Part shown: positions 53,786-63,724 of the stretch, in pieces | How positions within the stretch are numbered: position 1 is the stretch's first letter | Layout of the letters: each line of letters begins with the position of its first letter | Virus record (IMG/VR): IMGVR_UViG_2778261375_000003 | Reading direction: 5' to 3' (one strand) | Length of the DNA: 64,000 nt | Origin: a virus | Lineage: Duplodnaviria > Heunggongvirae > Uroviricota > Caudoviricetes | The notes under the pieces: model-generated | What the model saw: only the letters and a program-made list of their open reading frames with translations | Told to the model about the DNA's origin: nothing | Databases searched by the model: none | Made by a program: the position numbers and the translations under genes

Positions 53786-55463
53786 TATTTAGATCCTTTG
53801 CCACACCTAATAACAGTTCCAGCAATCCGTCACCATTCATCAGTGATGCGGCAGCGGCCTCTTTGTCATGATACAACTGAAGAGCCATAGAGAATACTTC
53901 CGTTGCTGACGTTTTGGAAATAGTCGGTGATTTCTGCCGAATTTTCCCGGTGTTACTTACTGAGGCTGGCGGGTATACCTTCGCCATATAAATATTACTC
54001 AATCGAGATCTGAAGCACCATTCAGGCTTGCCACGCCCACCGATATTAACGAAAGATGGCTTATCCCCTTCAACATTGGCCTTCAGGAATGACCGGGCTT
54101 TCTCTAACAAACCAGGGTTACTGTACTCAAGATGATGACCCAGCTCGTGCCACAGTGCACTTGCATTTTCATCGTTCAAATTGACAGCAACAACACCATT
54201 AAGATTTGCATATGCCCTTCCCTGGTGGTGAACCACCTTTGATAAGGTCGAAATTTTACCGCCGGTCAGGCGATAAATATCAGCAAGTTCCTTGCGCAGG
54301 TCTATCCCACCATTCTGTCCAGCGCGGGCTTCTTCCACTTCTTCCGTGATAAAAGAGTCGGCCCACTCAAGAGCTTTTTCTTCAGATACGGATGAGTTTG
54401 CGATCGCACTGTTCATGGCAGATAACACTTTCTCGTGGACCGAACCCATTCTTCGCTGATTCATTTGCCAGCGTGTCTGCGGGTTATATGAGAATCGCTT
54501 AAGTAGTTGGTCAAGCTGCTCAAGTTCTTCTTCACTGACATACCTTTTAGCCTCACCAATAATGCCAGGGAGAATATTGCCGTTAGGATTAAACGCTCGC
54601 GAAAGGAAGAGTTTCAGCGCCCCCATGCCCTCCGATGCTTCAATATCACCAATAACCCGGTTAACAATGGCCGCACTCTTCGGATTAGCATCCGCCAACG
54701 CTCTGGCTACAATTTGCAGGGACGATACGACCTCACGCTGCATATCAGTCCTGATCTCATCAATAAACTCTGGCGTTATGCCGTGCTCTTTAAGGATATC
54801 CCTGCCTTCCGCCGTTACCCCATCGATATCACCGACATGTTTATTAACCCGACTTTGCAATGCCTTAAATGCCTTCAGAATTCCACGGGCATCATCCGCT
54901 TTAATAACGGCCTTCCTGAATGCTGGCAAGAAGTCTGAGTTAACCTCATTTTGTTGATCGGCCCACTGAATGGAGGCTTCTTTCATCTCGTCCAGAGTCA
55001 GATCACCCAACGCGGTATGGTCTGTGAATATGAGCGACAACCTCTGAACCATTTCTGCCAATGGTGATGCCGAATGCGCCGCGCTAAGGAATGCTTTCAC
55101 CCTGGTTGGGCGAATGGAAAACCAGTCAATAGCTGGTGGCATATCTCCGTTTTTTATCGCCTGCGCTATCTCGTCAAAGCCATCGCGCCCAAGGGAGGAT
55201 GCGTGATTTAACAAGCCGCGAAGTAACGAATTGCTGATACCGAATAATCGGCACCATTTATTCACGTCGGCAACAGGCATTCGAACAAAATGCGCAAGCA
55301 CTTGTACAAGCTGTTCATCCTGGGGATCTGTTCGGGAAAGCAGCCTGATCAGATGAATAATGTCTTTGATGCCGGATGCCCGATGTAATAGCAAGCTGGT
55401 ATATGGCGCAACACCGTTGTATCCGCTGCTGGTGGCCATAACTATCTGATCGTTTAAACTCAT
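53775..55463 (-). CDS. hypothetical protein (562 aa) in the darA operon (DdrB position)
   Basis: ORF overlapping its neighbours in a co-directional operon downstream of darA. Confidence 0.55.
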   Translation of the reverse strand: MSLNDQIVMATSSGYNGVAPYTSLLLHRASGIKDIIHLIRLLSRTDPQDEQLVQVLAHFVRMPVADVNKWCRLFGISNSLLRGLLNHASSLGRDGFDEIAQAIKNGDMPPAIDWFSIRPTRVKAFLSAAHSASPLAEMVQRLSLIFTDHTALGDLTLDEMKEASIQWADQQNEVNSDFLPAFRKAVIKADDARGILKAFKALQSRVNKHVGDIDGVTAEGRDILKEHGITPEFIDEIRTDMQREVVSSLQIVARALADANPKSAAIVNRVIGDIEASEGMGALKLFLSRAFNPNGNILPGIIGEAKRYVSEEELEQLDQLLKRFSYNPQTRWQMNQRRMGSVHEKVLSAMNSAIANSSVSEEKALEWADSFITEEVEEARAGQNGGIDLRKELADIYRLTGGKISTLSKVVHHQGRAYANLNGVVAVNLNDENASALWHELGHHLEYSNPGLLEKARSFLKANVEGDKPSFVNIGGRGKPEWCFRSRLSNIYMAKVYPPASVSNTGKIRQKSPTISKTSATEVFSMALQLYHDKEAAAASLMNGDGLLELLLGVAKDLNNAD

Positions 55464-55475
55464 CCCTGTTACGCC

Positions 55476-55841
55476 TTATACCGCCTCTTTAATGTTGGCG
55501 GCTATCCATGCCGCCGTGTGCTGTTTAACCTGGTCCAGGTCGATGTATGTGCCAACATATTGACTTAAGTCCTGCAACGTACCGATAAATGCATCGGTGC
55601 TCTGATCGACGAATTTATCAGCCAGGAAATCAGCAACCAGTTTTGGCACACCATCATGCACCGAAGGTTGTTTTTCCTCGCCACTACCGCTGCCGGATGC
55701 GCCGTACCCCATCTGTTGCATGATCTGGTCAATTTCATCGCTGATATCCAGCAACTCCATGCCACTCGCGGTCGCCGCTTTGGACATCAGAGCATCCAAC
55801 TTATCGCTGAGATCCATTAACTCAATAGCTGATAGTGTCAT
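55476..55841 (-). CDS. hypothetical protein (121 aa) in the darA operon (DdrA position)
   Basis: ORF overlapping the darA 3' end. Confidence 0.5.
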   Translation of the reverse strand: MTLSAIELMDLSDKLDALMSKAATASGMELLDISDEIDQIMQQMGYGASGSGSGEEKQPSVHDGVPKLVADFLADKFVDQSTDAFIGTLQDLSQYVGTYIDLDQVKQHTAAWIAANIKEAV

Positions 55842-57757
55842 GCCACTACCCCCGCTTTCTGGATTGCTACCAGCAGATCAGCCAGGTGGCGAGCAGCGCC
55901 ATTAACCAGCTCTTCGTTTTCCTCAAAACGCCCGGCAGCCTGAAGGGCTGCAATCGCTTCCCGGACATTACCCCGGGCATTACGGATCTCCGCCATGTCA
56001 GTGCTTTGCATATCCATCACGCTATTGAGATATTCAATGGCTTTATTAGCCTCTGCATCTGCTTCGCTAACCGTTTCATCAGGCTGTGCCGGGGCCGGTT
56101 CTGGCTGAGTAATCTCACCGACTTCGGCCTGCAATGCATTGATCATGCTCTGCACCATTTTCTCGGTGCCAGCGCCCCCCGGAAACGCAATATTGGGGAA
56201 AGTTTTTTGAAACTGAGTTTTCAGCATTACGCGGAACTCGTCTGGTGAGCTGGTGGCCAGCTCCAGAGCTTTTTGTGCATATTTGCCAAACGGACCATTA
56301 GTAAGTGTCTTCGCCAGGAAGTCGAAAGAATCCTCGCGAGGCAATAACTTCAGGTCGTACTCACTCATTTGCTGATCAGAAAGCGGGGTATCGTAAGTAA
56401 CAATGCCGTAGCGCGCGTATTCATAATACGGGTCACCTTTATCAGGGCGCGGCAGAATTGCTTTGTTACCTTCAGGTATCGCGCCAGGGGCCGCCGGACG
56501 CATTTGCAGGGCATATCGATATGCGCCTACAGAGACTTCTGGTTCAGGCGAAGAGCTGCCGGTATCCTCCACTGGTTCAGGTTCGACGTTTTCCGGTTTA
56601 GGTTCTTCTGGTTGGACCAGATATTCCGATACATTACCCGCTTTATAGGCTTTAAACAGCTTGCCGATCGCATCTGTCATGTCCACACCCTGTATGGATT
56701 TAGCCTTGATCATGTACACGCTGCCATCCGGATCGGTTAACTGGATATACCCTTCGCCGTCCCCAATGAATTGCTTCATTAATGCACCATTACTGAGCGT
56801 CGCTTCCCCGTCCATATGCATACGATTTTTGATACTGGCAAGGCGATCCGTCAGCGCGAGAGAGTGCCCACCAGTCATCCCCGCTGGAGCAATGGTATCG
56901 CGCCCACCAGTGCGATTGAGCTGATCAATCTCCGCCTGCAAACGCTCATTTTCTTGATAAAGAGAATCCGCTTCCGAAGCAACTGCGTTAATTTTCTGCT
57001 CCAGATCTGCCTTCTGGCCTTCTACCGCTGCCACCTGATCCGCGAGGTCGCTCATGGCATCCTCTTTCTGGTCACTGTCAGCCTGTAGTTGGGTTATTTC
57101 ATCAACCAGGGCTTTTTTCTTCTTCTGCGCACGCTGGAATTTTGCCGAGTTTTTCTCTGCAAGGTTGGCAAGTTTCATGGTGACCTGCGCCAGCGTCATA
57201 TCACGTCCACTCATCGGAGCAACGGTGTGAGTAACGTCTTTTTTATTCAGTAAGAACTGGAAAGCAACCAGCGTATCGCTATTGGTGATCCGGTTTTCCG
57301 CTGTCGGGCTATGAAACAGAATGCTGATAGTCTGACCATCACTGAGCGGGATAATGGCTGGCAGGACCGGCAGCCCGTTAACGTTACGTGCCCGGCCAAT
57401 TTCAGCGCCGCCGATCGCTCGCGCGCCGCTCTGGGCCACATCCCCCGTTTTATCACTCCCCGCAGAGATTCCGGTACCATTCAGCTTCTGGTTCAATGCC
57501 CGGACAAATGCCTGCATGGTCCGGTGTAACTGCAAACGAGTAGAACTAATCGCCTCCAGTAAATCCGTAGCACACCAGTGGATCGGCGTGTCATAGAAGA
57601 ACGTAGCCTCGATTTCCTCCAGGGTGTTGGATTCCGTCATCAGATAGCGGTCCTCTCCGGCCATTAATGCGCGATATTCATCATCAGTCACTGGCGGGGG
57701 AAGTACGTCAAGCCCAGGCTTGATCGTCACCCCTTTATTGATATTGAACTGTTCCAT
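55838..57757 (-). CDS. darA: DarA-like antirestriction/capsid internal protein
   Basis: 639-aa protein with central coiled coil, between hdf and the ddr-position genes; name from size and synteny. Confidence 0.65.
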   Translation of the reverse strand: MEQFNINKGVTIKPGLDVLPPPVTDDEYRALMAGEDRYLMTESNTLEEIEATFFYDTPIHWCATDLLEAISSTRLQLHRTMQAFVRALNQKLNGTGISAGSDKTGDVAQSGARAIGGAEIGRARNVNGLPVLPAIIPLSDGQTISILFHSPTAENRITNSDTLVAFQFLLNKKDVTHTVAPMSGRDMTLAQVTMKLANLAEKNSAKFQRAQKKKKALVDEITQLQADSDQKEDAMSDLADQVAAVEGQKADLEQKINAVASEADSLYQENERLQAEIDQLNRTGGRDTIAPAGMTGGHSLALTDRLASIKNRMHMDGEATLSNGALMKQFIGDGEGYIQLTDPDGSVYMIKAKSIQGVDMTDAIGKLFKAYKAGNVSEYLVQPEEPKPENVEPEPVEDTGSSSPEPEVSVGAYRYALQMRPAAPGAIPEGNKAILPRPDKGDPYYEYARYGIVTYDTPLSDQQMSEYDLKLLPREDSFDFLAKTLTNGPFGKYAQKALELATSSPDEFRVMLKTQFQKTFPNIAFPGGAGTEKMVQSMINALQAEVGEITQPEPAPAQPDETVSEADAEANKAIEYLNSVMDMQSTDMAEIRNARGNVREAIAALQAAGRFEENEELVNGAARHLADLLVAIQKAGVVA

Positions 57758-57758
57758 G

Positions 57759-58370
57759 TTAATTTCCTGCTTTCAGTTGCTTAAGACGACGTTTGAGTTC
57801 GCCATTCCGTGCCTTTTCGTTATTGAGTCGGCCCGTCTCCGTATCCAGCTTCGCCCGCAAATCAGTGATCTGCTGTTGATTGAAAGACACCGAATTCTGC
57901 GCGGACTTATAAGCGGCAACCACCTGAGCATTCCGCTGTTTTGCCTCTTGCAGGCGCTGAAAGTTGGATTTTACTGCCGGTTTCTTGTCTACCGGATTGG
58001 CAACACGTTTCGCTTTGGCGATCAGTGATTTCTGGAATTTTGCGGAGTTTTTGCTGGCCGCTTGCCCCATGACGGTACCAAGCGTCTTGATATCCGGCGA
58101 CTGAGCGTTAGGAATAGCTTTTCCATTCAGCTTCACAGACGATATATCGCCAGTATCGTTTACCTGTATGGCAAGAATTTGTCCGTCGTTAAGAACCAGC
58201 TTTGCGGTTTTAACTTTAACGCCATCTTTCGTTGTTGCGCGGTTGCTGGAGTCAACCTCAATTACCGTAACCCCGGTTTTATTGATCGCCGCGATAAGGG
58301 ATTTCAGCCCCTTTTCATTAACCTGGTCAAAATCGACCGTTGCATACTTATTTTTCGTCATCTGACACAT
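57759..58370 (-). CDS. hdf: Hdf-like protein (203 aa)
   Basis: ORF immediately upstream of darA, coiled-coil C-terminus; name from synteny. Confidence 0.5.
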   Translation of the reverse strand: MCQMTKNKYATVDFDQVNEKGLKSLIAAINKTGVTVIEVDSSNRATTKDGVKVKTAKLVLNDGQILAIQVNDTGDISSVKLNGKAIPNAQSPDIKTLGTVMGQAASKNSAKFQKSLIAKAKRVANPVDKKPAVKSNFQRLQEAKQRNAQVVAAYKSAQNSVSFNQQQITDLRAKLDTETGRLNNEKARNGELKRRLKQLKAGN

Positions 58371-58791
58371 CCTGTGCGAGATTTATTACGTAACTTCTGC
58401 GGATTTGCTGAGTAACAGGGAAAATCCGATACAACGGGTTAATGAACGAGTCGCCATGCGTAACCATGACGTTGAAATGCCACAGTCGCTCTCCTTTACC
58501 CATATATTCAGTGGGTATGTACAACCATTCACTGTTTTCGCCCTGTTCAGCCGACGTCAGACAACGTTGTTCGCCTTCAATCACTGTCGTCGGCTTCTGA
58601 ACATCGCGGATCCAATATCTGACCGTTGCGCCGCGCAAAAACGGGAATTTAGACCGGTATTTGAACGGCACCCGGATGAAACCCGGTTTAATTTCCACAT
58701 CACCAAGTTCTAAGTGCGTGATGTCCTTGCGTTTTAGCAAATAGCGATCGGCTAAGGCTAACGCAAGAACGCATACACCCCAGCCAATCAT
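58348..58791 (-). CDS. lydB: LydB-like holin antagonist (147 aa)
   Basis: ORF overlapping the lydA 3' end; name from synteny. Confidence 0.5.
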   Translation of the reverse strand: MIGWGVCVLALALADRYLLKRKDITHLELGDVEIKPGFIRVPFKYRSKFPFLRGATVRYWIRDVQKPTTVIEGEQRCLTSAEQGENSEWLYIPTEYMGKGERLWHFNVMVTHGDSFINPLYRIFPVTQQIRRSYVINLAQDVSDDEK

Positions 58792-59117
58792 TTCCCGCCT
58801 CCCTTTTTCACCAAACTTGTAAGAACATTCAGAATGCTATCGATATTCACTCGTTTCATCCCTGAAATCACCTCATGACCGTTATTGCTGGCTATCGTTA
58901 CCATTAAGTACGTAATTGATAACTCCCAGCCCTCGTGTTGCCCCAATAGGTACGCCACCGCGCCAGCTGTCACTGCAACAAAGATCTCCGTAACCAATCC
59001 TAACAAATTGCCAGACTGGCGACCGTCTCGGACATCCATCAGGAACGTGCCTATCCCACCAATTACTGAAAGCAGGAGCGCAATAGCAACTGGAGCTAAT
59101 TCCTGTGTGTCAAGCAC
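58788..59117 (-). CDS. lydA: LydA-like holin (109 aa)
   Basis: small protein with hydrophobic helices (VAIALLLSVIGGIGTFLM, IFVAVTAGAVAYLLG). Confidence 0.6.
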   Translation of the reverse strand: MLDTQELAPVAIALLLSVIGGIGTFLMDVRDGRQSGNLLGLVTEIFVAVTAGAVAYLLGQHEGWELSITYLMVTIASNNGHEVISGMKRVNIDSILNVLTSLVKKGGGK

Positions 59118-59184
59118 AAGTTCCCTCCTACGTTGTCAGGAGGTAATGGTATGCAAAGTAACTTCTCAACCGGTCATTTGTTGC

Positions 59185-59466
59185 TTAAGAGGCATTTCTA
59201 TTGAGGTGCGAATCGATAATCCTTTGTAACTTTTCAAGAATGAGCCTGTTATTGATGCTGCAAATAATAGTCACGCAATTCTGAAGACTTTCATCCATAC
59301 CCTTATATTCCGCGAAATACATGCCTATAAAGCCTGCAAGTACGGCAGCAATACACTCGGCCATCAATTGCCTGCATGACGCTTCGTAACGTTTTTCACG
59401 AACCCCATTCAGAAACGAATGCACCCCGCCAAGGATGGAGAGGAGCATTATTGTGAAATCACACAT
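59185..59466 (-). CDS. second holin-like small membrane protein (93 aa)
   Basis: hydrophobic helices (IMLLSILGGVHSF, IAAVLAGFIGMYFA), similar architecture to lydA. Confidence 0.5.
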   Translation of the reverse strand: MCDFTIMLLSILGGVHSFLNGVREKRYEASCRQLMAECIAAVLAGFIGMYFAEYKGMDESLQNCVTIICSINNRLILEKLQRIIDSHLNRNAS

Positions 59467-59593
59467 AACTATTTCCTTAATAGTGAATTAAATATCATTG
59501 GGAAACGGTATGTACTTTGTGATTTCCACACATACTGGTTTTTGTTAATTAAAATCCGCAGCTTGCTATAAATAACGATAGTGAGCAGAAAAT

Positions 59594-60154
59594 ATGCTAA
59601 TAGGCTATGTACGCGTATCAACAAATGAACAAAACACTGCTTTACAACGAAATGCCCTTGAAAGCGCAGGATGTGAGCTAATTTTTGAGGATAAGGCGAG
59701 CGGCAAAAAGGCTGAACGCCCTGGGCTAAGAAAGGTTTTGCGTATGCTTTCCAGAGGTGACACCCTGGTCGTATGGAAGTTAGATCGTCTTGGGCGCAGC
59801 ATGCGTCACTTGGTTGTGCTGGTGGAGGAGCTGCGTGACAGAGGAATTAACTTCCGGAGTCTCACTGACTCCATCGACACCAGTACACCAATGGGGCGCT
59901 TTTTCTTTCACGTAATGGGGGCGCTGGCAGAAATGGAACGTGAGCTTACCGTTGAACGTACACGCGCTGGACTTGATGCAGCTCGCGCAGAAGGTCGAAT
60001 AGGAGGCCGTCGGCCTAAATACCAAGAAGAAACATGGCAGCAAATGCGTCGATTGCTGGAGAATGGCATCCCCCGTAAGCAGGTTGCAATCATCTATGAT
60101 GTTGCTGTTTCCACGCTTTATAAAAAGTTTCCTGCGTCATCATTTCAATCCTAA
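59594..60154 (+). CDS. cin: serine DNA invertase (Cin-like)
   Basis: 186 aa; MLIGYVRVSTNEQ with catalytic Ser motif, C-terminal HTH; 3' end overlaps the crossover site. Confidence 0.9.
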   Translation: MLIGYVRVSTNEQNTALQRNALESAGCELIFEDKASGKKAERPGLRKVLRMLSRGDTLVVWKLDRLGRSMRHLVVLVEELRDRGINFRSLTDSIDTSTPMGRFFFHVMGALAEMERELTVERTRAGLDAARAEGRIGGRRPKYQEETWQQMRRLLENGIPRKQVAIIYDVAVSTLYKKFPASSFQS

Positions 60155-60172
60155 ACCTTGGTTTGGGAGAAG
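60145..60172. other. cix-like crossover site (left)
   Basis: ttcaatcctaaaccttggtttgggagaa with imperfect dyad around AAACC-TT-GGTTT; inverted copy at 61968-61994. Confidence 0.7.
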
Positions 60173-60594
60173 GTTCGGCATTACCCGTTGGTGTGCCTGT
60201 CCCGTGGCCTTCCGCCACTCCGCCAACAGGCTGGCTAAAATGCAATGGTGCGGCTTTTTCTGCTGAAGAATACCCGGAACTGGCAAAGGTTTATCCGACA
60301 AATAAATTGCCTGATTTACGCGGTGAATTTATTCGTGGATGGGATGATGGGCGTGGGGTGGATTCCTCTCGTGGTTTGTTGACATCTCAAGACCATTTAT
60401 TTGCTTCTCATGGGCACTGGTTTGACAAGTACTATGCGCTAACAGGTTTTGATACAACGGGAGGTCGGTTCGTAGTTACGGCTGATGCTTTCGGGGAACT
60501 TATTAAGGCAAATTCAATTTCTACGGTATCGGTTGGTGGTTCTGAAACCCGGCCGCGCAACGTCGCATTTAACTATATCGTGAGGGCAGCCTGA
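60163..60594 (+). CDS. tail-fibre variable C-terminal part (Sv'-like), silent in this orientation
   Basis: frame opens at the crossover site with ...LGEGSALPVGVPVPWP...GWLKCNG..FS..EYPELA, typical fibre C-terminal segment; no constant part upstream. Confidence 0.65.
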   Translation: MGEGSALPVGVPVPWPSATPPTGWLKCNGAAFSAEEYPELAKVYPTNKLPDLRGEFIRGWDDGRGVDSSRGLLTSQDHLFASHGHWFDKYYALTGFDTTGGRFVVTADAFGELIKANSISTVSVGGSETRPRNVAFNYIVRAA

Positions 60595-61196
60595 TGAATA
60601 AAGCCGTATTAAATAACGAACTCATTGCCATAAAAGCGGGAGACATTACCATTTATAATTATGATGGTGAAACGCGGGAATATATTTCCACATCAACTGA
60701 ATATCTTGCGGTTGGCGTCGGTATACCGGCATGCTCCTGTTTAGATGCTCCTGACTCATATAAAGCTGGTTATGCAATCTGCCGTTCTGCAGATTTTAAC
60801 TCATGGGTATATGTGCCAGACCACCGTGGTGAAACGGTATATAGCACTGAAACAGGAGAATCAAAAGAAATCACAGCTCCGGGTGATTACCCTGAAAATA
60901 CAACCACTATCGCCCCGTTAACGCCATTCGATAAATGGGATGGTGAGAAATGGGTGACCGATACTGAGGCACAGCATTGCGCCGCAGTAGACGCGGCAGA
61001 AGCACAGCGTCAGTCACTGATTGATACTGCAATGGCTTCCATCAGTCTGATTCAACTGAAATTGCAGGCCGGGCGGAAGCTGACGCAGGCAGAAACCACC
61101 CGACTTAACGCTGTGCTGGATTACATTGACGCGGTGACGGCAACAGATACCAGCACCGCGCCGGATGTCATCTGGCCTGAACTGCCGGAGGCGTAG
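60594..61196 (+). CDS. tail-fibre assembly protein (U'-like)
   Basis: 200-aa ORF following Sv' with overlapping stop/start. Confidence 0.6.
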   Translation: MNKAVLNNELIAIKAGDITIYNYDGETREYISTSTEYLAVGVGIPACSCLDAPDSYKAGYAICRSADFNSWVYVPDHRGETVYSTETGESKEITAPGDYPENTTTIAPLTPFDKWDGEKWVTDTEAQHCAAVDAAEAQRQSLIDTAMASISLIQLKLQAGRKLTQAETTRLNAVLDYIDAVTATDTSTAPDVIWPELPEA

Positions 61197-61608
61197 GCCA
61201 TTCAATATCTGGCGCACCGGAAGTATCGACCAGTTCCAGTGCGTCCAGGTAATCCAGCCACAAATTATATTGCGCCAGTTCGTCACCTTTCAGACGACCA
61301 ATAGCCGCTTTACCAGGCCATTGTTTACTGTTCATATAATCGTTGGCCTGATTAATCAATTGCTGCTTCTCCAATTCGGCTGCAGCAATTTGTTCCTCAT
61401 GTGTTGGTGGTGGAATTTCGGACCATGCAGGAAAACCATTTTCTCCAGCGATACGGATTTTTCCTTTCGGCGGTAATCCGGAAAACTCAATATACACTTG
61501 CTCATCAACTTCAACAGCATCATCTGGCCATGAGTCAGCTTGAGTGTAATCCTCTTTCATCCCCAGCGGATAGAAAGAGTTTGTAGTCGCGGAATATATG
61601 TAATTCAT
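61168..61608 (-). CDS. tail-fibre assembly protein (U-like)
   Basis: 146-aa ORF convergent with U', downstream of Sv on the minus strand. Confidence 0.6.
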   Translation of the reverse strand: MNYIYSATTNSFYPLGMKEDYTQADSWPDDAVEVDEQVYIEFSGLPPKGKIRIAGENGFPAWSEIPPPTHEEQIAAAELEKQQLINQANDYMNSKQWPGKAAIGRLKGDELAQYNLWLDYLDALELVDTSGAPDIEWPTPPAVQAR

Positions 61609-61629
61609 TTTTCACTCCATATAGCTAAA

Positions 61630-62022
61630 TTAACAGCCTAACGCTAAAAATGAAGCGCCGAGGCCAGGAGTACTGGCTCTGGATATAAATTTAACCGGGT
61701 CGGGACTAAAACCTGCACAGGCAATATAACCAACAGCCCCGCTATCTGGTGTGTAGTCTTGTGAGACCAAAACACGCAGACATCTGTTTGGAAATGCAAT
61801 CGGGAAATGGGTTACTACATCCTGTGCAATGCCTGGTGCGCCGATTGAGCCCCACTGAAGAATAAAACCTGATGGTAATTTTTGATATCCAGTACCTGAA
61901 ACAGAAAGCGTGAAGCTACCCATATCAGGTATCTGATTCGCCCCTGTCCCTACATTCCTTTTAGCCGCTTCTCCCAAACCAACGTTTATGAAAATGCAGA
62001 AATAACGAGCAGATGGCATCAT
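61630..62022 (-). CDS. tail-fibre variable C-terminal part (Sv-like), lacking an upstream constant part
   Basis: frame crosses the right crossover site (...[11 protein letters not shown]...), but no long in-frame ORF continues upstream; a Pin-like gene lies there instead. Confidence 0.6.
   Translation of the reverse strand: MMPSARYFCIFINVGLGEAAKRNVGTGANQIPDMGSFTLSVSGTGYQKLPSGFILQWGSIGAPGIAQDVVTHFPIAFPNRCLRVLVSQDYTPDSGAVGYIACAGFSPDPVKFISRASTPGLGASFLALGC
61968..61994. other. cix-like crossover site (right, inverted)
   Basis: cttctcccaaaccaacgtttatgaaaa is the reverse complement of the left-site core with a few mismatches. Confidence 0.7.
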
Positions 62023-62048
62023 TCCTGCTTTTGTCAGGGAGATCTACC

Positions 62049-62603
62049 ATGCTTATTGGCTATGTACGTGTGTCAACAAATGACCAGAACACAGATCTAC
62101 AACGTAATGCGCTGAACTGTGCAGGATGCGAGCTGATTTTTGAAGACAAGATAAGCGGTACAAAGTCCGAAAGGCCGGGACTGAAAAAACTGCTCAGGAC
62201 ATTATCGGCAGGTGACACTCTGGTTGTCTGGAAGCTGGATCGGCTGGGGCGTAGTATGCGGCATCTGGTCATTCTGGTTGAGGAGTTGCGCGAACGTGGC
62301 GTTAATTTTCGCAGCCTGACGGATGCTATTGATACCAGCACACCGATGGGGCGTTTTTTCTTTCATGTGATGGGGGCCCTGGCTGAAATGGAACGAGAAC
62401 TGATTGTTGAACGAACAAAAGCTGGACTGGAAGCTGCTCGCGCACAGGGACGAATTGGTGGACGTCGTCCCAAACTTACGCCAGAACAATGGGCACAGGC
62501 CGGACGATTAATTACATCAGGAGTTCCTCGCCAGAAGGTGGCGATCATCTATGATGTTGGCGTATCGACTTTGTATAAGAAGTTTCCGGTCGGAGATAAA
62601 TGA
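62049..62603 (+). CDS. second serine DNA invertase (Pin-like)
   Basis: MLIGYVRVSTNDQNTDLQRNAL..., closely related to but distinct from the Cin copy at 59594; resembles the e14 Pin family as recalled. Confidence 0.85.
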   Translation: MLIGYVRVSTNDQNTDLQRNALNCAGCELIFEDKISGTKSERPGLKKLLRTLSAGDTLVVWKLDRLGRSMRHLVILVEELRERGVNFRSLTDAIDTSTPMGRFFFHVMGALAEMERELIVERTKAGLEAARAQGRIGGRRPKLTPEQWAQAGRLITSGVPRQKVAIIYDVGVSTLYKKFPVGDK

Positions 62604-63067
62604 AACCGCAGCACGTCGTATGCAAGAACGTGCCACGGCTGGCTGATGGACGTTCGATAGCGCGAGTTTGAATGAAAATCAGCCGGAGATGATTTTACAT
62701 AATTGCTACGGAATTATTCAATACAGGGATTGCTTGTGTCTGCATGGATTGACCTGAAATAGTCCCGAAAATTTCTCTAAAAAACTCGAAAAAAATGGTA
62801 ACTAATTGAATGTATTAATATGCAATGGTACGTGTTTGGGATTAAAAGATGAACGTGATTTTGTTTAACACATTAATTTTAAATGATTTTCTTGTTTGTT
62901 GACGAAAACAGGAATCGTGTTCGGTCTCTTTTTATCTGTTAAAAGCCAGAAGCATTCCCTTCGCTGACTTTATAGTCAACCATAACACACACTCTACTGT
63001 CTGAGTCCAGCGTTTTTTAACATTCTTGTTAAGATTATGTGATCTTTAGCGCGGGAGGAAAATATTG

Positions 63068-63724
63068 ATGAAACAGCCTGCGCCCGTTTATCAGAGAATT
63101 GCGGGTCATCAATGGCGACATATCTGGCTTTCTGGCGATATACACGGTTGTCTTGAGCAGTTGCGCCGCAAATTATGGCATTGTCGTTTTGATCCGTGGC
63201 GAGATTTACTTATCTCAGTGGGAGACGTTATCGATCGTGGGCCGCAAAGTTTACGTTGTCTGCAGTTACTGGAACAACATTGGGTTCGTGCGGTAAGAGG
63301 CAATCATGAACAGATGGCGATGGATGCGCTGGCATCTCAGCAGATGTCTTTGTGGTTGATGAATGGCGGCGACTGGTTTATTGCGCTGGCAGATAATCAA
63401 CAGAAACAAGCGAAAACGGCGCTGGAAAAATGTCAGCATTTGCCCTTTATTCTTGAAGTACACAGTCGTACCGGCAAACATGTTATTGCTCATGCCGATT
63501 ATCCAGATGATGTTTATGAATGGCAAAAGGACGTTGATTTGCATCAGGTCTTGTGGAGCCGCTCGCGATTAGGTGAACGCCAAAAAGGGCAGGGAATTAC
63601 AGGTGCTGATTATTTCTGGTTTGGTCATACACCGTTGCGACATCGCGTGGATATTGGCAACCTGCATTATATTGATACCGGTGCTGTCTTTGGGGGCGAA
63701 CTGACTCTTGTGCAATTGCAATAA
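63068..63724 (+). CDS. Ser/Thr protein phosphatase, lambda-PPase family (PrpA/PphA-like)
   Basis: GDIHG, GDVIDRG, GNHE motifs; sequence strongly recalls enterobacterial chromosomal PrpA; second PPase-family gene in the window. Confidence 0.8.
   Translation: MKQPAPVYQRIAGHQWRHIWLSGDIHGCLEQLRRKLWHCRFDPWRDLLISVGDVIDRGPQSLRCLQLLEQHWVRAVRGNHEQMAMDALASQQMSLWLMNGGDWFIALADNQQKQAKTALEKCQHLPFILEVHSRTGKHVIAHADYPDDVYEWQKDVDLHQVLWSRSRLGERQKGQGITGADYFWFGHTPLRHRVDIGNLHYIDTGAVFGGELTLVQLQ

Larger units (their letters stand above)
60145..61994. other. invertible DNA segment (about 1.85 kb) carrying alternative tail-fibre 3' ends
   Basis: bounded by inverted crossover sites; contains two opposed pairs of fibre-variable and fibre-assembly ORFs. 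Confidence 0.7.
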
